A stretch of DNA of 42,137 bases from assembly GCF_001194135.2 (NCBI RefSeq), contig NC_068998.1, forward strand, positions 33,757,677 through 33,799,813, written 5' to 3'. The first letter of the stretch is position 1; each line of letters starts with the position of its first letter. The translations under genes and the position numbers were made by a program. Positions 23,488 through 37,244 of this stretch are shown here, piece after piece. The notes below the pieces were generated by a model. It searched no databases. It had not been told where the DNA came from and saw only the letters and a list, made by a program, of their open reading frames with translations. The DNA is from Octopus bimaculoides (lineage: Eukaryota).

Positions 23488-23679
23488 NNNNNNNNNNNNN
23501 NNNNNNNNNNNNNNNNNNNNNNNNNNNNNNNNNNNNNNNNNNNNNNNNNNNNNNNNNNNNNNNNNNNNNNNNNNNNNNNNNNNNNNNNNNNNNNNNNNNN
23601 NNNNNNNNNNNNNNNNNNNNNNNNNNNNNNNNNNNNNNNNNNNNNNNNNNNNNNNNNNNNNNNNNNNNNNNNNNNNNNN
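23488..23679. other. Assembly gap (others at 15286-15358, 26834-26938, 33082-33311)
   Basis: N runs next to microsatellite or tandem DNA. Confidence 1.
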
Positions 23680-23698
23680 ATATATATATATATATACG

Positions 23699-23735
<37 letters not shown>

Positions 23736-23736
23736 C

Positions 23737-23905
23737 ACTGACAGGCTTCTTTTCAGTTTCCATTGAGCAAATCCACCCACAAGGCATTGGTCAGCCGAAG
23801 GCTATAGGAAAAGATAGTTGCTCAAGGTGCCATGCAGTGTTACTGAACCTGGAACCTGAGGTTGAAAAGCAATCTTCTTATCACACAGTCACACCTGTGC
23901 CTTTG
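23737..23905 (-). mobile_element. Truncated tRNA-derived SINE (33321-33730 family)
   Basis: Reverse complement aligns to the 33321 head: aggtgtgactgtgt...ggttccaggttcagtaacactgcatggcaccttgagcaa...ggaaactgaaaagaagcc. Confidence 0.75.
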
Positions 23906-24339
23906 CCACGCCTACACCTATAATGAGGAAAATTTTATTTTCTTGGAAATGAAATACTTTCAAATGCTTCAAACATATTTTAACAAACGATACATGATAC
24001 TTAATAACGTATTGAGAATATCAGCTTACTGCTTTGAGCAGTATTTTAGGAAAGCTTTATAAACATGATAACTTTATCAGATAAAACTCTCTGCTCTGCT
24101 TACCTCAGCTGCTGGACATTGTTTTCAGTTTTAACTCTTCTCGGTAGTTTCATGTATCTCTACTATGCATCAAACAATCACTCCAATCTCAGAAAAATTA
24201 AAAATCTAGAGAATGTAGTGATGGTCTGCATTGGGGAAAAGTTTTTTCAGAGGAGAAGTGAAAAACGGAATTGTTGAATGCTACTCATTCTTTGAAACCA
24301 GCTGCAGATTCTCAATCAGCAATGACTGTGTTTCCTTAC

Positions 24340-24391
24340 CACACAATTTCTTATTTCAATCTACAAGATTTCAACCATTATTAACTTTGAG
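24340..24391 (-). pseudogene. Candidate 52-nt exon with strong splice sites, closed in all frames
   Basis: ttatttattttcctag| acceptor and gtg|gtaagg donor. A second strong donor (gag|gtaagc) lies at 24103. Confidence 0.5.
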
Positions 24392-25729
24392 CTAGGAAAA
24401 TAAATAACATTCCTTGTGGCAAAGAACATGTATTCATGCCTAGATGTACAACACTTAGATATATAGAAAACAGTTATGTAGCTGTTGTGATTAACAAAGC
24501 TGACTGATTTCTTCCCCAAAGTTATATCTAGTTAGATGTAAAGATTCAATATACAACATTGTCATGATGCAAATTACTTAGAATAGTCGAGCACCACATT
24601 TTCTTCCTATTTCTCTCTTCTTAACTTATTTATTATTTCACACCTGTGACTCACTTACAGTTGCATTATACAGAAAATTCCACATAAATGCTATGCCAAT
24701 GTAAAGAATAATACATATAATAGCACTAAATATAAATCATGAATGAGCTTTTACATTTGTTATTATATTTTCAGATCTGAAGCAATTATTTTCTTTTTTT
24801 CTTAGTACTTGACTTTATTTCATAATTCAGCAAATTATTATTACCACTTCAGTTTATATCATTTTAGATTTTTATGATATTGTTTTCCTTTTTGATTTTC
24901 TTTTTCCAATCCAAATTAATGTATTGTGTCCTTACGACCCATAAAGACAGTTGTTGCTATGTTGTCTGTATTTACTGTATTAATGTTTGATTGGTTGCGT
25001 CTAGTCATATAGTTATTGTATTGCCCATGGTGCTTGTCAAGATGTATCTCCTAATATGATGATATTGTCATTTGTCTACAGTATGTGTTATAAGTATTTC
25101 ATGCTTGGTTATTTTCTTGCATATAAAGCAAATGACATATTTTGTAACAATCGTTAACTGTTCAACTATATTAATGAATAAACTTAACTATTTTTATCCA
25201 TCAAATTTATTGAATATAAATTTAATTTAAACCTTAAAACTTTACAACTATATCACTCTACATTCTATATTCTTTAGTACTAAACGTGTCTTCAAAGTTT
25301 TATTGTGTTTTCTTTTGTTTCAAATTGCATTTCAAACAGAATGAAATGAAATCATTTCATATCACTTCAAAGGATTCAGAAAGTAACCAATTATTTAGAT
25401 TCTTTGTGTGCAACACTTTTTCTATAATCATTAGTGCTAAATGTTTAAAAAACTTTGTTTTTCTTCGGAAAGTTAGATAGTGATACTTCAATAGACATAT
25501 CAGTTTCAGCTTTCCAAAGCTGATTGTCAAATCTGATTAGTTGAGTAGATAAATTGTACAAACAAATGAAAAATGGTTTATTCTCATTACTTCACTCAAT
25601 TACCTTATAACCAAAAACTATGGTTAATTAAATAGTTTGGTTTTATTTAAGTAGCACTGGCTTTGCCAAAATGTAATTCTCTGGAGATTTAGACAAAATA
25701 TACTTGAGTCATCATAAACATCTACTTAC

Positions 25730-25775
25730 TAGTAATTTAATAATTTAATGAAAGAGTACAAACTCATCGTTTAGC
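25730..25775 (-). pseudogene. Candidate exon LNDEFVLFH*IIKLL
   Basis: ttcctgctttgattttttag| acceptor and |gtaagt donor. Stops occur in all three frames. Confidence 0.5.
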
Positions 25776-26030
25776 CTAAAAAATCAAAGCAGGAAGCAAA
25801 ACATTTGTAATATGTAGTGAGCTAGAGTAGATGGTTACCATAATGTCTTTAAATTGGATTTACTCAACTATATTATAATATTCAGCAATCATGTCAGATA
25901 GATAATTGGACGATGTCTATGGTATAGTTGCTCTGTTGCACTTTCTGGTTTGAATCACATCACAGCTCTTTTGATTTTGATTTTCTTATAAATATTTGAA
26001 TATTAAACATATAATTATTTTATGTATGTA

Positions 26031-26330
<300 letters not shown>

Positions 26331-26335
26331 ATCAT

Positions 26336-27500
26336 CGACCCTATCACATCACCGACTCCTTCACCTGCATTTCTAGTAATGTCATCTGCTGCATCTCCTG
26401 CTCTCTCTACCCTTCTCTATACGTTGGGCAAACAGGACGCCACTTGGCTGACTGGTTCATGGAACACCTCCGAGACATCCAACTCAGCAATGACACCTCG
26501 GTCTCATGCCATTTCCGCTCTACCAGTCACTCTTTGCAATACCTGTCCATGTTCAGATTGTCCTTGCACAGGGGCCATCCGGACTCCCGTTTTTTTGCCG
26601 TGAACAGGGATTAATCTTCTCTCTTCGCTCCTTTGCACCACATGGACTCAACTCTCCTCCCCTCTTCATCTAGCCTCCTCCTCTCGCTTCTCTGCCCCTC
26701 ACACCTATTTCCTCCCATCCACCTCTTCTCTCTTGCTCTGACTCCTACTTCTCTTTACTCCTACTCTCCTCTCTTCACTTCACTCCTATCCACCTTCTCC
26801 TTCCCCCTTCATTGAAACCCCTCCCTTGTAACCNNNNNNNNNNNNNNNNNNNNNNNNNNNNNNNNNNNNNNNNNNNNNNNNNNNNNNNNNNNNNNNNNNN
26901 NNNNNNNNNNNNNNNNNNNNNNNNNNNNNNNNNNNNNNCCAACCTCACCTTCCCTATCCTTCCCATCCCACCTCACCTCATCCCAGTCTAACCCACACCC
27001 CACCCTTGCTTTCCCCACCCTTGCTTTCCCCACCCCCACCTCCCAACACCATCACACAACACTACACACCACTACACCATACACCACCATACCACACAAC
27101 ACATTACATCACATCACACCACCACACACACACTAGCACTGACCACTTCCCAGCCCCACATCCTCACACCTACATATACACACACGTCAAGGTCAACAGC
27201 CCTCTTCCACACACACATACATACTCTCTTATACACACGCACGCACACCTTCGTTTTGGGATCATCACTACTTTATTATCTCCCCTTCTTCCTAGCTCTC
27301 CTGTGTGACCCTTCTGTCCGGCATTCACCATGACAGATCATTAGCCATTATACATTCTTTATTTTCTCTCCCTGTTTCTTTCTGTGTTCCTTTCTGTGGA
27401 AGACCGTAGGCTTGAAACGTTAAAGACTTTTTCACTTCCTGAGCATTAAACTAATACATCTGTTAATTGTCTACACCACCTGTCTTCATCGTTTTGTTTT
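26336..27500 (+). mobile_element. 5'-truncated Penelope-like element (GIY-YIG endonuclease C-terminus plus 3' region)
   Basis: 26336-26655 translates [40 protein letters not shown]...VSCHF...HSL, then after a frameshift at T7 (26590-26596) [19 protein letters not shown] pyrimidine-rich spacer and a hammerhead-like terminus at 27390-27425 follow. Confidence 0.85.
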
Positions 27501-29984
27501 TTTGTGAATTCTCCCTATATATATATATATATGATTTGATACTTATTTTCAAATTCCTTTGTGACATAATTAATTTTATTGTACTTCTGTTTTGAGTCCA
27601 TTTGTGGTTTCAATCAATTTGGGACTTGAATAAAATTTCATCACATTTATATTTAAATGCTATTATCAACATCAGATCTCAAGGTTCCCTCAAACAAATG
27701 TTAAATCAATGATTTAACACTATTTGTATTCTTGCAAGGTTTAAACAATTGGCAGGTGCAGACTTGCCTGTGCACCACATGGATGCAGGTTTGATAGTTC
27801 TGTGGTACCTTAGATAAATGCCTTCTACCATCCCTCATCAAGATATACTCATGGAGGATTTAGAGTCCATTACCTTAGCTGTGGTCATAGTGCTGCACTA
27901 GTGGTGAGAATATGAACAGAAAATCTAGAGCAGTGCTTTTGATATATTGACCCTTTTCTTACCTTCATTCATTAGTATATATAATAGTTGTCATCATGAC
28001 ACATGCGTTAATATATTTATACAGCAGAAAATATAATAGTAGTTATAATAACAACAATATAATAGTAAATACATTAGCAATGATAATTACATACACTAAT
28101 TAATTTATGAAACAGTATATGTAAAACTAATACATTAATTACAATAATGACAATAAATTTCTTCCTGCCTTCTCAGACAGACTAGTTAATGTTCCATGCT
28201 TTTGCCTAGATATCTTGCATTAAATGAATGACACACTCTATAAAATCACTGAGAGTACAGCTCTTCTCAGTTCTAACACCATTCATCTTTCAGTGCAGGT
28301 TTTGTATCAAATAATAATGGGATTAATCATGCATTTTTTTTAATGTAAATGAAATCAGATTTTTTTATGCTGTTGTTATTTCTTAGCCTTCTGTTAATTT
28401 TAAGCAAATAGTCTTGTGAAAACAGATTGATGCAACGATAAAAGTCTATTTTTCCAGACATAATAATCCCATTGCAAAGTGGGGAACACCACTGCTATAT
28501 TCTCATACATGCAGTGAGGAGCACACTGACCCAATTTTGGAATATTGTATTTTTTCCATGGTCTAATCTGTCTTTGTATGTCTGTTGTTGCTGTTGTTGT
28601 TGTTAAGCCACAATTAAACCCTGATCAAGCAGATCTATGTTTCAAATGCATTTTAGTTTTATTTTTATTGTTCCAGTGGATATTGCTATTTTCAAGACAA
28701 CAAAATATGTTGTTATTTTAATCAGACTAGCAACCACATAAAATCTTTTATCATTAGCTGTAGGTTCTGATGGAGGTAACACTTGTGTTTGGTGGATGTT
28801 ATTTTTTGGGTGTCCAGTAAATTCATTATTATAAGATCTGCATGAGTAATACAATGACGTAAATATATAGTCTGTAATTTTATTGCCTGGTAATTTCATT
28901 ACAGTGTAGTTACATCACGTGCCAATACATCATCGATAACTTCTTCGTCATGCTAAATACATCAGCAGTAAATTCATTGTCATGTTTTTTATCTTCAGAG
29001 TAAATGCATCACTAAACATTATTTAAAGCATTTATTCACACAGTAAATATGTCACATTTCATTAACAATGTGTAAGAAATTCAATGACAAACATTTATTT
29101 ATCTCAGATTTACTCAATATTCACATGAGAAAATATAAATCAAAGTTACATTTAAAAATGAACTCAAAACAAAAATAAAATATGCAGCTAAAAGATGACA
29201 CTATTTTAAATTGTAGAATAGAAAAAAAATATACTGAATTCCTCTTAAATTATCTAGTATCACAATTTTTGAGGATGCATTGAAATGTTGCGCTTCACTA
29301 TTTTATATTTATTCTTTTATGATATAAAATTTCTGCTGCCTCAATAGAGTGTTCCAATGTTACTTTCTTTCTTGATTATTTCTTTTCCAAGGTTACTGAA
29401 AATTTCCAAATCATAGGATGGAAATTCTAGTCTTTGAATTTCTTTTAATGAAATGTGATGTATCTACTCTATAAAACTTTCAATGATATTCAGCAATGAA
29501 ATTACTCAGTGAATAAAAAGTATGATGATGAATTTACAAATGATCTATTGGATAACAATATAATTGACATGTAATTAAATTACAGGTGATGTATTTACAA
29601 CAATGTAATTACTTACAATAAATTACCTCAATGTGAATCATTTCTTGCACTAACTTCAGAGGCACATATCTGTACAGGTTATCGATGCTGCTGCTATTTT
29701 CATGACTTTATGATTAAGGTAATACTAGTGGGAATCAGAAATGTGTCAAGGTGTTTGAATGTAAGTATAGTTAGGGATGGAGTTAGCTCTGGCAGTAACT
29801 TGTGCCCATTGTCAATAAACTTTTATTTTTGATACTTTTGTTCCATTGTTTAAGGTAATTTATGTGAGTTCTCTGAGTGCAACATGTGAAGATATGATGA
29901 TTAGTCTGTTGCTTCATTTGTGGTTTCTTGTTATAAAAAGAGATTGATGAAAGGTAATGTAAGACTAGTATAATCCATAAGGAA

Positions 29985-30033
29985 TGTGCTCCAGCATGGC
30001 CACAGTCAAATGACTGAAACAAGTAAAAGAGTA
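29985..30033 (+). mobile_element. Isolated SINE 3' tail
   Basis: gtgctccagcatggccacagtcaaatgactgaaaca is identical to the tail at 33686-33721. Confidence 0.8.
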
Positions 30034-30189
30034 TTGTTTGTATAATAGTGGTACTTCTTCATGTCAACCAAATGTGGTGCCAGTGAGAGGGGTGTGCATG
30101 AATTTGCTTTCTTGATTGTCTTCTGTGAGTTCTGTAAATAATAGAAAAGTATTGGACATAATTCACAATGGTGGTGCTTGCAAATACTC

Positions 30190-30236
<47 letters not shown>

Positions 30237-30339
30237 ATAAAGATTTTTTCAAAAAATACTTGATACAATTACAATATTTAAGAAAGGTTTTCTTAAAAGT
30301 CATCTATCTAAAAATATTTTTTTGTAAAATTGAATGTCA

Positions 30340-31340
30340 CGAAACTTTTGGAAAGAAGCTGTGTGTATTGTGTGTAAGCACTTTCATCGTCCCACTTTTC
30401 AAATACACACTTATCCATATAGAAGAACCTGTATTTAGAAACGGTGTTAACCATTTCTGGTTTAATTTCAGATTTAGAATTTTCTTATAAAATATTGTTC
30501 TTCTGCTTTCAAAGTTGATCACTTTTGTCTTTTATTTTGATAAAAAGAAATATTTTGAATTTTCCATTTGTCCAAATGACTAGATGTTTCACTACATAGA
30601 AATGATAAATCTTTAATTTGCTTTTTGTGTACTCTCATACAGCTGGTTAGTTTTGTTTCTATTTCTTCAATGTAATTCTCATTGCAGTGTAGGGATGTAA
30701 TGCAGTAAATTTTTGTCTTGCAATTCATGCTTCCATCCACCTTCAGTTCATTCTCAGTTTTGAATCTTTTAGTTGTTCTTTGTTCTGTTAACTCATATGT
30801 ACCAAAACAAGGCTTTCCACAGTTTGTTACCTGCATTATTTTTTTTCTCAGATGTGAATCACACCTTTGTTAGGTGTCTTTTAAGATTCGGTGATAGTCT
30901 TTGGCAGTTTATGATTTGTGATTCTTTAACAATTTGTTGGAAATTTTGGTACTTGATGTAGAATTGGGAGGTATCATTTGGCCAAATGTAGAATGTTGGG
31001 GTTTTCTAGGATTAAGGGTGGCTACAAGTTGAACATTTATATTTGTATTTGCTGTCACCCTCATTGTGAGTGTTTTTCAATTGAGATTTTGTTTTTCTTT
31101 GTTTATGGCATGATTCATTAAGTCTTTGGGGTACTGTTGGTTCTGAAGGAATCAATTTGTTAAAAATGTTTTGTGTTGTGAACATGTTGATATTTTCCAA
31201 AATGAAAGCGGAAAATCATCATTATGAAAGCAGGAGAATACTTTATAAGAATTCTGAATCTGAAACTAAACTGGAAGCAAAAATTGCATTTAGGACAATT
31301 ACTTTTATATGGATTACTTTGGAGCATGCGTATTTGGAAA
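30340..31340 (-). mobile_element. Second Penelope-like remnant (post-RT linker plus GIY-YIG) with inverted terminal copy
   Basis: The minus strand gives QQYPKDLMNHAINK and KIYCITSLHCNENYIEEIETKLTSCMRVHKKQIKD (track ORF 30519-30836). 30455-30511 is repeated inverted at ~31225-31277. Confidence 0.75.
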
Positions 31341-31506
31341 ATTTTTAATTCAAGTAAATAATTTTTTACATCTATTATGACTATATCTAGAAATTTGTCT
31401 AAAATTTTTTAAAAATACATAGGCATGTATGTATATGAATATGTATGCACTCATTCACATATATGTATGCAGTCACTCACACACACAAACACACACACAT
31501 GTAAGT

Positions 31507-31538
31507 GGGGAGGGGTTGGGTTAGGGTTAGGGTTAGGG
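31507..31538 (+). repeat. Short interstitial (TTAGGG)3 in a G-run tract
   Basis: ggggaggggttggg(ttaggg)3, read directly. Confidence 0.85.
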
Positions 31539-31544
31539 CAACTT

Positions 31545-32420
31545 TTATCCACATTTGCTGATTCTTCTGCCACCACACTTTCTTGAACATGTTACCTTGA
31601 GGATACATTATGGCTCCTCATCGTCATCACATCTTTTCTTTAAGTGTCACTTAAACCATCCATCTAGCACTGCATCTCTTCCTACCCAATTTCCTCACCA
31701 TCCTTATACCTCTCCAACTTTCTCTCTCTCTCTCTCTCTCTAACCCCCTGATGCTACTTTTACCCTTTCCCTCATATTACCCCATTCCCTAACACTGTGT
31801 TAGTCTCTCCCTTACTGATCTCCATTAAGAATAAACCTATGTAAAGACAACCAGAACTGACACCAATCCTGACAAACCATCCAATCCATGAAAGGATGGA
31901 ATGTCAATGATATACATACAATGTGGAAGAGTAATGGGTTCATCCTGCTCAACCCCATCATCCCAATCCCACCACTCAACTAACCCCATCACTTTTACCA
32001 TTTTGCTCCTTTCTCTTTTACACTAAATTCTTATATTACCTTTCTCCCACCTCTTTCCTCTGTCGCAGCCATTATTCTCCCCATCATTCTCTTCACTACT
32101 ATCCTCTCACAGCAATAAATCCATTTTTCTATCATACTTTTACTTCTACTCTTTCAGTCTTGAGGACTTCCTTTTAACTAATGAGCTAGAAGGTGACCCC
32201 CATGACTGCTGGTGCCATGAGAGAATGCACCCAGTACTTTCTGTAAGGTGGTTGGTCTTAGGAAGAACATCCAGCCATTGAAACCATGTCAAAATTGAGA
32301 CATTGGTACAAGATATGGTGCTCTAACCTGCCAGATCCCATTGAACTATCCAACATGTGATTACATGGAAAATTAATGCAAAATCATGATGATGAAAATG
32401 ATGCTGATAATGATGATAAT
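31545..32420 (+). mobile_element. Non-coding element with pyrimidine-rich body and RTE-like (TGA)n tail
   Basis: gtggttggtcttaggaagaacatccagcc...acatggaaaa...tgatgatga tail. Boundaries are approximate. Confidence 0.5.
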
Positions 32421-33320
32421 AATGGTGATGTAGCAGCTGCAGTAGTAGCAGCAGCAACAGCAGCAGCAGCAGCGTATGATGTGTATTTGTATTTTCAATA
32501 CTGCACAATTTTAGTAAGTGACAATGGAGTCAAACCCAGAACCACAGCTGTGATCTGTCCTCTTATTGTCTGTGTGTTTTATGAGTGTCAATGAAGTACA
32601 TGTGTAATATTATGCATATCATGAGGCATGTTTCATATTTTATTGTTTACTTTATCAGACTGTACTTAAGAATTTACAGATCTTATATTGGGTCTAAACA
32701 CTGTCATTTTGTACGATTGCAACATCATGTTCTTTTAGATGATGAAATACTTTATTTTTGTAATTACACTTGTTTAGGGTATTAAATTTTGTTTTATGAT
32801 ATAAATTTCTTGTCATTCATTGTTCTGGGATTTGTATGATGTACTAAGGTTTTGGTATGGTACAAGCAACATTCATCAGAAGATAATAGAATCTAATCTT
32901 TCTGTATTGCATGTATGTTTAGTTAACACTATACTGAGATGAGTTGATCAGCTATTTGTTATTTGTAATTTCACTGTTTCTACAAGGAGGTAGTAATCCA
33001 TCTTCTATAGTTTCTAGTAAATTCAATACACATGTCCAATGACCAGCTAAAATCTCATGAATATATATATATATATATATANNNNNNNNNNNNNNNNNNN
33101 NNNNNNNNNNNNNNNNNNNNNNNNNNNNNNNNNNNNNNNNNNNNNNNNNNNNNNNNNNNNNNNNNNNNNNNNNNNNNNNNNNNNNNNNNNNNNNNNNNNN
33201 NNNNNNNNNNNNNNNNNNNNNNNNNNNNNNNNNNNNNNNNNNNNNNNNNNNNNNNNNNNNNNNNNNNNNNNNNNNNNNNNNNNNNNNNNNNNNNNNNNNN
33301 NNNNNNNNNNNTATATATAT

Positions 33321-33730
33321 AGGTGCAGGAGTGGTTGTGTGGTAAGTACCTTGCTGATCAACTACATGGTTCTGGGTTCAGTCCCACTGCATGACACCTT
33401 AGGCAAGTGTCTTCTACTATAGCCTCGGGCCGACCAAAGCCTTGTGAGTGGATTTGTTTGACAGAAACTGAAAAAAGGCCTGTCTTATATGTGTGTGTTT
33501 GTGTGTGTGTGTGTTTATGTCTGTGTGTCTGTGTTTGTATCCCCAGCATCACTTGACAACCAATGTTGGTGTGTTTATGTCCCCGTAACATAGCGGTTCA
33601 GCAAAAAAGATTGAAAGAATAAGTACTAGGCTTACAAAGAATAAGTGCTTGGGTCTTACAAAGGCTTATAAGAATAAGTCCTTGGGTGCTCCAGCATGGC
33701 CACAGTCAAATGACTGAAACAGATAAAAGA
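33321..33730 (+). mobile_element. Full-length tRNA-derived SINE with internal (TG)n
   Basis: Head ggtgcaggagtggttgtgtggtaag (A-box) and gggttcagtccc (B-box), tail ccagcatggccacagtcaaatgactgaaac. There is a local duplication of cttacaaag/agaataagt at ~33630-33685. Confidence 0.85.
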
Positions 33731-36700
33731 ATATGTAGAAGTTTTGAAGACATGATTCATTAATAAAGTTTATATTGACTTGTATGACAAGTATAACTTG
33801 TTTTCATCAATATGATTGGGGTTTATCTTTTCTTTATCCTGTATGAAGAGTGATAAAGTAATACACAATAAATATACTGGGATTATGTTTTGTGACAGAT
33901 ACAAGAAATAATTTTGATTTTCTTTATAAACAAAAAATGAAAACCAATTGTCATCTAGATATATAAATCCTGGTCTTACTACTTTATTTTTTAATAAAGC
34001 AAAGTATTTATTTCTGTTTCCTTCTTGAACTAGAATAACACATAAGGGATATCTTTTGACAAATTGAAGCTTAATCCTAACCAACAAGTAATCTACCACT
34101 GTGTAACTTTATCACAGAAGGAATTGGATTATTCTCTTTGATCAGCAGATCAACAACTGAATTCTCTTATGGTCAGTGAAGTATTTTTTCTACTCAATTT
34201 ACCACCAGAAAGTAAATATCTGAAACTTATTTATCTCCTAGTAATTGCCTCCCCTTCCTTGCATCTTTTCATCAAACTTCATTCATCAAAAGGAAATCAA
34301 CTTTACTATCACTTTACCATGTTTACATAGAAAGATTTGCCATTCCCACCAGATATTATCCTAAGATAGGTAGATTTTTCTTTTACATTGAATAAATTTG
34401 ATTTTATATTATTAACATAAGATCTTAGATCAAATAACTTGAAGCAAAGTCAACATGTTTTCCCTTGGAGTAAAGACTGTTTGCTTTAAATTCTGGTTGG
34501 CTTTGCACAACAAATAAATGAAGTTTAAACTATTAAAAGATGATATTGAAGTGGAGTAAGCAGCTACTTATCATTTGTATTTTTATTGTTGTGGCAGCAA
34601 GGTTGGATCAATTTCTTGTATCTCTATAATCTCTTTTATTAAATCTTCTGTTTAAAATATTACTCTATAAAACCCAATGTCAAATCACTGAAGTCATATT
34701 CTCATTCTAGCTTGAGTTTTCTACATAATTATTTTTTCTTCTTTTCCTCCTTTTGATATTGATTCTACATTCAATATTGTTATGTAATAAAATGCTGTAT
34801 CCAATCTTAGTTTCACAATTGTTGCTTTCTTTTAATTAGCCAAAATGGGGTAACATTTCACCAATTTGGAGAAAGTGTATAGAAACAAATATTCTGTTTG
34901 CAACCATAAATCAAATAATTAATTACTCTATCATTAAGAAGGATTATCAATTAAAATATATTAAGTCAGATACATTTCCTAGAAATGATTTGTTTGTTTA
35001 TACAGTATTTATTTTTATTTTATGCTTGTATCCTTTCGACTGCGCTAGCATAGATTATAGAGTCAGATGTGTCCATGTTGGTATGAATCAAATGAATTCA
35101 GGACAGCACTGATACATAGTTTAAATAAATCTATGATATCTTCTTTTCTTAGTCATTTCTGTATAAGGGCAAAATATCTGGAAACTATAAAAAATACTTA
35201 TGGGAGTAATCCTAGTTGAGTAATAGACTCATAAAGTACTGAATTCAGGTAGAAAAGTGATGACTATGGAGCTGGTGAATGCTTTGTGATAGACTGACAC
35301 TGGTTATGAAGGGATAATGAAAGTTGAGATAAAAGAGGTCATCTGCTGCTTTTGAATAAGATAACTGTGGTATATACTTGGATAAATGCTTCCAACCCTG
35401 GAATGGATAGCTGATTAAATGAACTCATTTCTTATGTCATTATACTATTTTCCAGATATCTCTACAAGGTTTTTCAATTTCTTCTTGATACTGTCACATC
35501 ATTGTTTCATAATGATAACTATCTAAAATGAGATGTAGAGAATCTGACATTTTGATCAATTAAGCCAATATTAGTTCATTAACTGTTCTACAATGACACT
35601 AATTGGCTGAATATTTTCTAAGCTCACAAGGTAATTTCACAATGACAAAATGAAAATACCATCATTCTGTCTGACACTTGGATACTCGAAAATATTTTAA
35701 ATCACTTAACTGATTATAATTAATTCCTTCATTAAACGTGACTGTTCTCTCTTTGTACTTTACTGAAGTTTAACTGTTCACAATAGCTAAATTTAACTCT
35801 TTACACCACTCAAGTAGTTTATATTGTCTCAGTCTGTCTACACTGTTCCTAACCAATTATTCCCACCACCCATCTCCAATCATTCTCTAATATCTTTTTC
35901 TTTTTTAAGTTAATGTTTATCAAAATTTATTTATTTTCACACTTACATTGTTTGCATCGATGCAAAATAAATGGATTTAAAAGTTTTACTCAGAAACATT
36001 TAATTACAGTCTCGTTGTTATTTTTTTTCATGTTGTTGGTTAATTCTTTTCAGTTCCGTTCAAGAAGATCTATGTCTCAATAGTGTATTGTCAGACAGTT
36101 TAGAGCAATTGCAAATGTTCTGGTTTACAAACGTCATAACTTTTGAATTGTTATGTTGTAGTTATTGTTGTGCAGAGAAAAGAGTGAAGTACTTTGTAAA
36201 AGAATTTAGACTCTTTGGAAATATACAAATGTTTTATTTATTCTTACAAGGATTATGCTGTGTCACTACCAATCCAAAGAGAATATCCAAAGAAAGTGTT
36301 AAGAAAGATGAATAACTAATATGTCTTTTGGTAAACAAAAGTTTATAGTTTGTATTTGGGTACATATATTAGTTTGTGCATGCAACATAGTTAAATAGCT
36401 TGCAGTGTGTATATGTGGCTACATGTGGATTCATGTGAGAATTTTTTTTATAGTATATACAAATAAATAATTGTGTGTATAAGAGCAAGACAAGTTTAGC
36501 TATTCAATAAGTATATTCTGATAAGTGTGTGATGTAAACAATTTAGTTTGAATCTAAACTTGATGTTACAATGGAGAAATGATTTACTGAGGGCAACCAG
36601 TGTAAAGCGCTTTTCTGGACTTGAGTAGCCTTTTAGCCTTTATCGGGAGGACACAGTTGTTCTGTTATCCTAAGAGGGGTTGATGTGCAACTGAAATTGT

Positions 36701-37053
36701 CCAACTTTACATCAATAAAAAAGTACTTGTTTCCATGAAAAACAAAAAGAGTCAAAATATGCATTGAAAGTCAAGGTCCATTACTCATGGTTGAAAAATG
36801 GTCAGTGTCCCAATAGTGTCCTAAGAGATTCTGTTATTCAATGGACAGCTACCTCTATTCATGAATTACAGAATTACAAAATATTTTCCATCCTGTAATG
36901 GTTTGTTATGTGGGTTAAAATGTATGTCAAGATATTCTTCCATTAACTTCTCAGTTTATTGAAAAGTTAGAACATTGGTATTGTTTGCAGTAGCAGCAGG
37001 TTACAACTAACTGAGTTAAGTAACAATTTTAAATGACATTTGTAAGGCTAAAC

Positions 37054-37244
37054 CAATGGTTCCTAACCTTTTCACAGTGGTTCCCAGCTCTTTTATTTAA
37101 ATGGGTTTTCCCATGAACCTCTTTTAATATGTTTACCCTTATGTACATATATATATATATGATATTTTGGGTTTTGTTCATGGACCCATAGTACTTCTTT
37201 TGCAGACCACCTGGGGTTCATGGACCCCAGTTTGGGAACCACTG
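37054..37244. mobile_element. hAT (Charlie-like) MITE
   Basis: TIRs caatggttcctaacc / gtttgggaaccactg. The 8-bp flanks ggctaaac and gcctaagc match at 6 of 8 positions. An extra internal cagtggttccca lies at 37075. Confidence 0.7.

Noticed and set aside
24760-25140. Apparent long ORF if TAA/TAG=Gln and TGA=Arg (alternative genetic code idea); similar at 16470-17070 and 11600-12300
   Set aside because: At 24760-25140 I applied the same substitution to a second frame and got an equally protein-like result. Stop density in these A-rich tracts is about what random AT-rich DNA gives, so this is not evidence of recoding.
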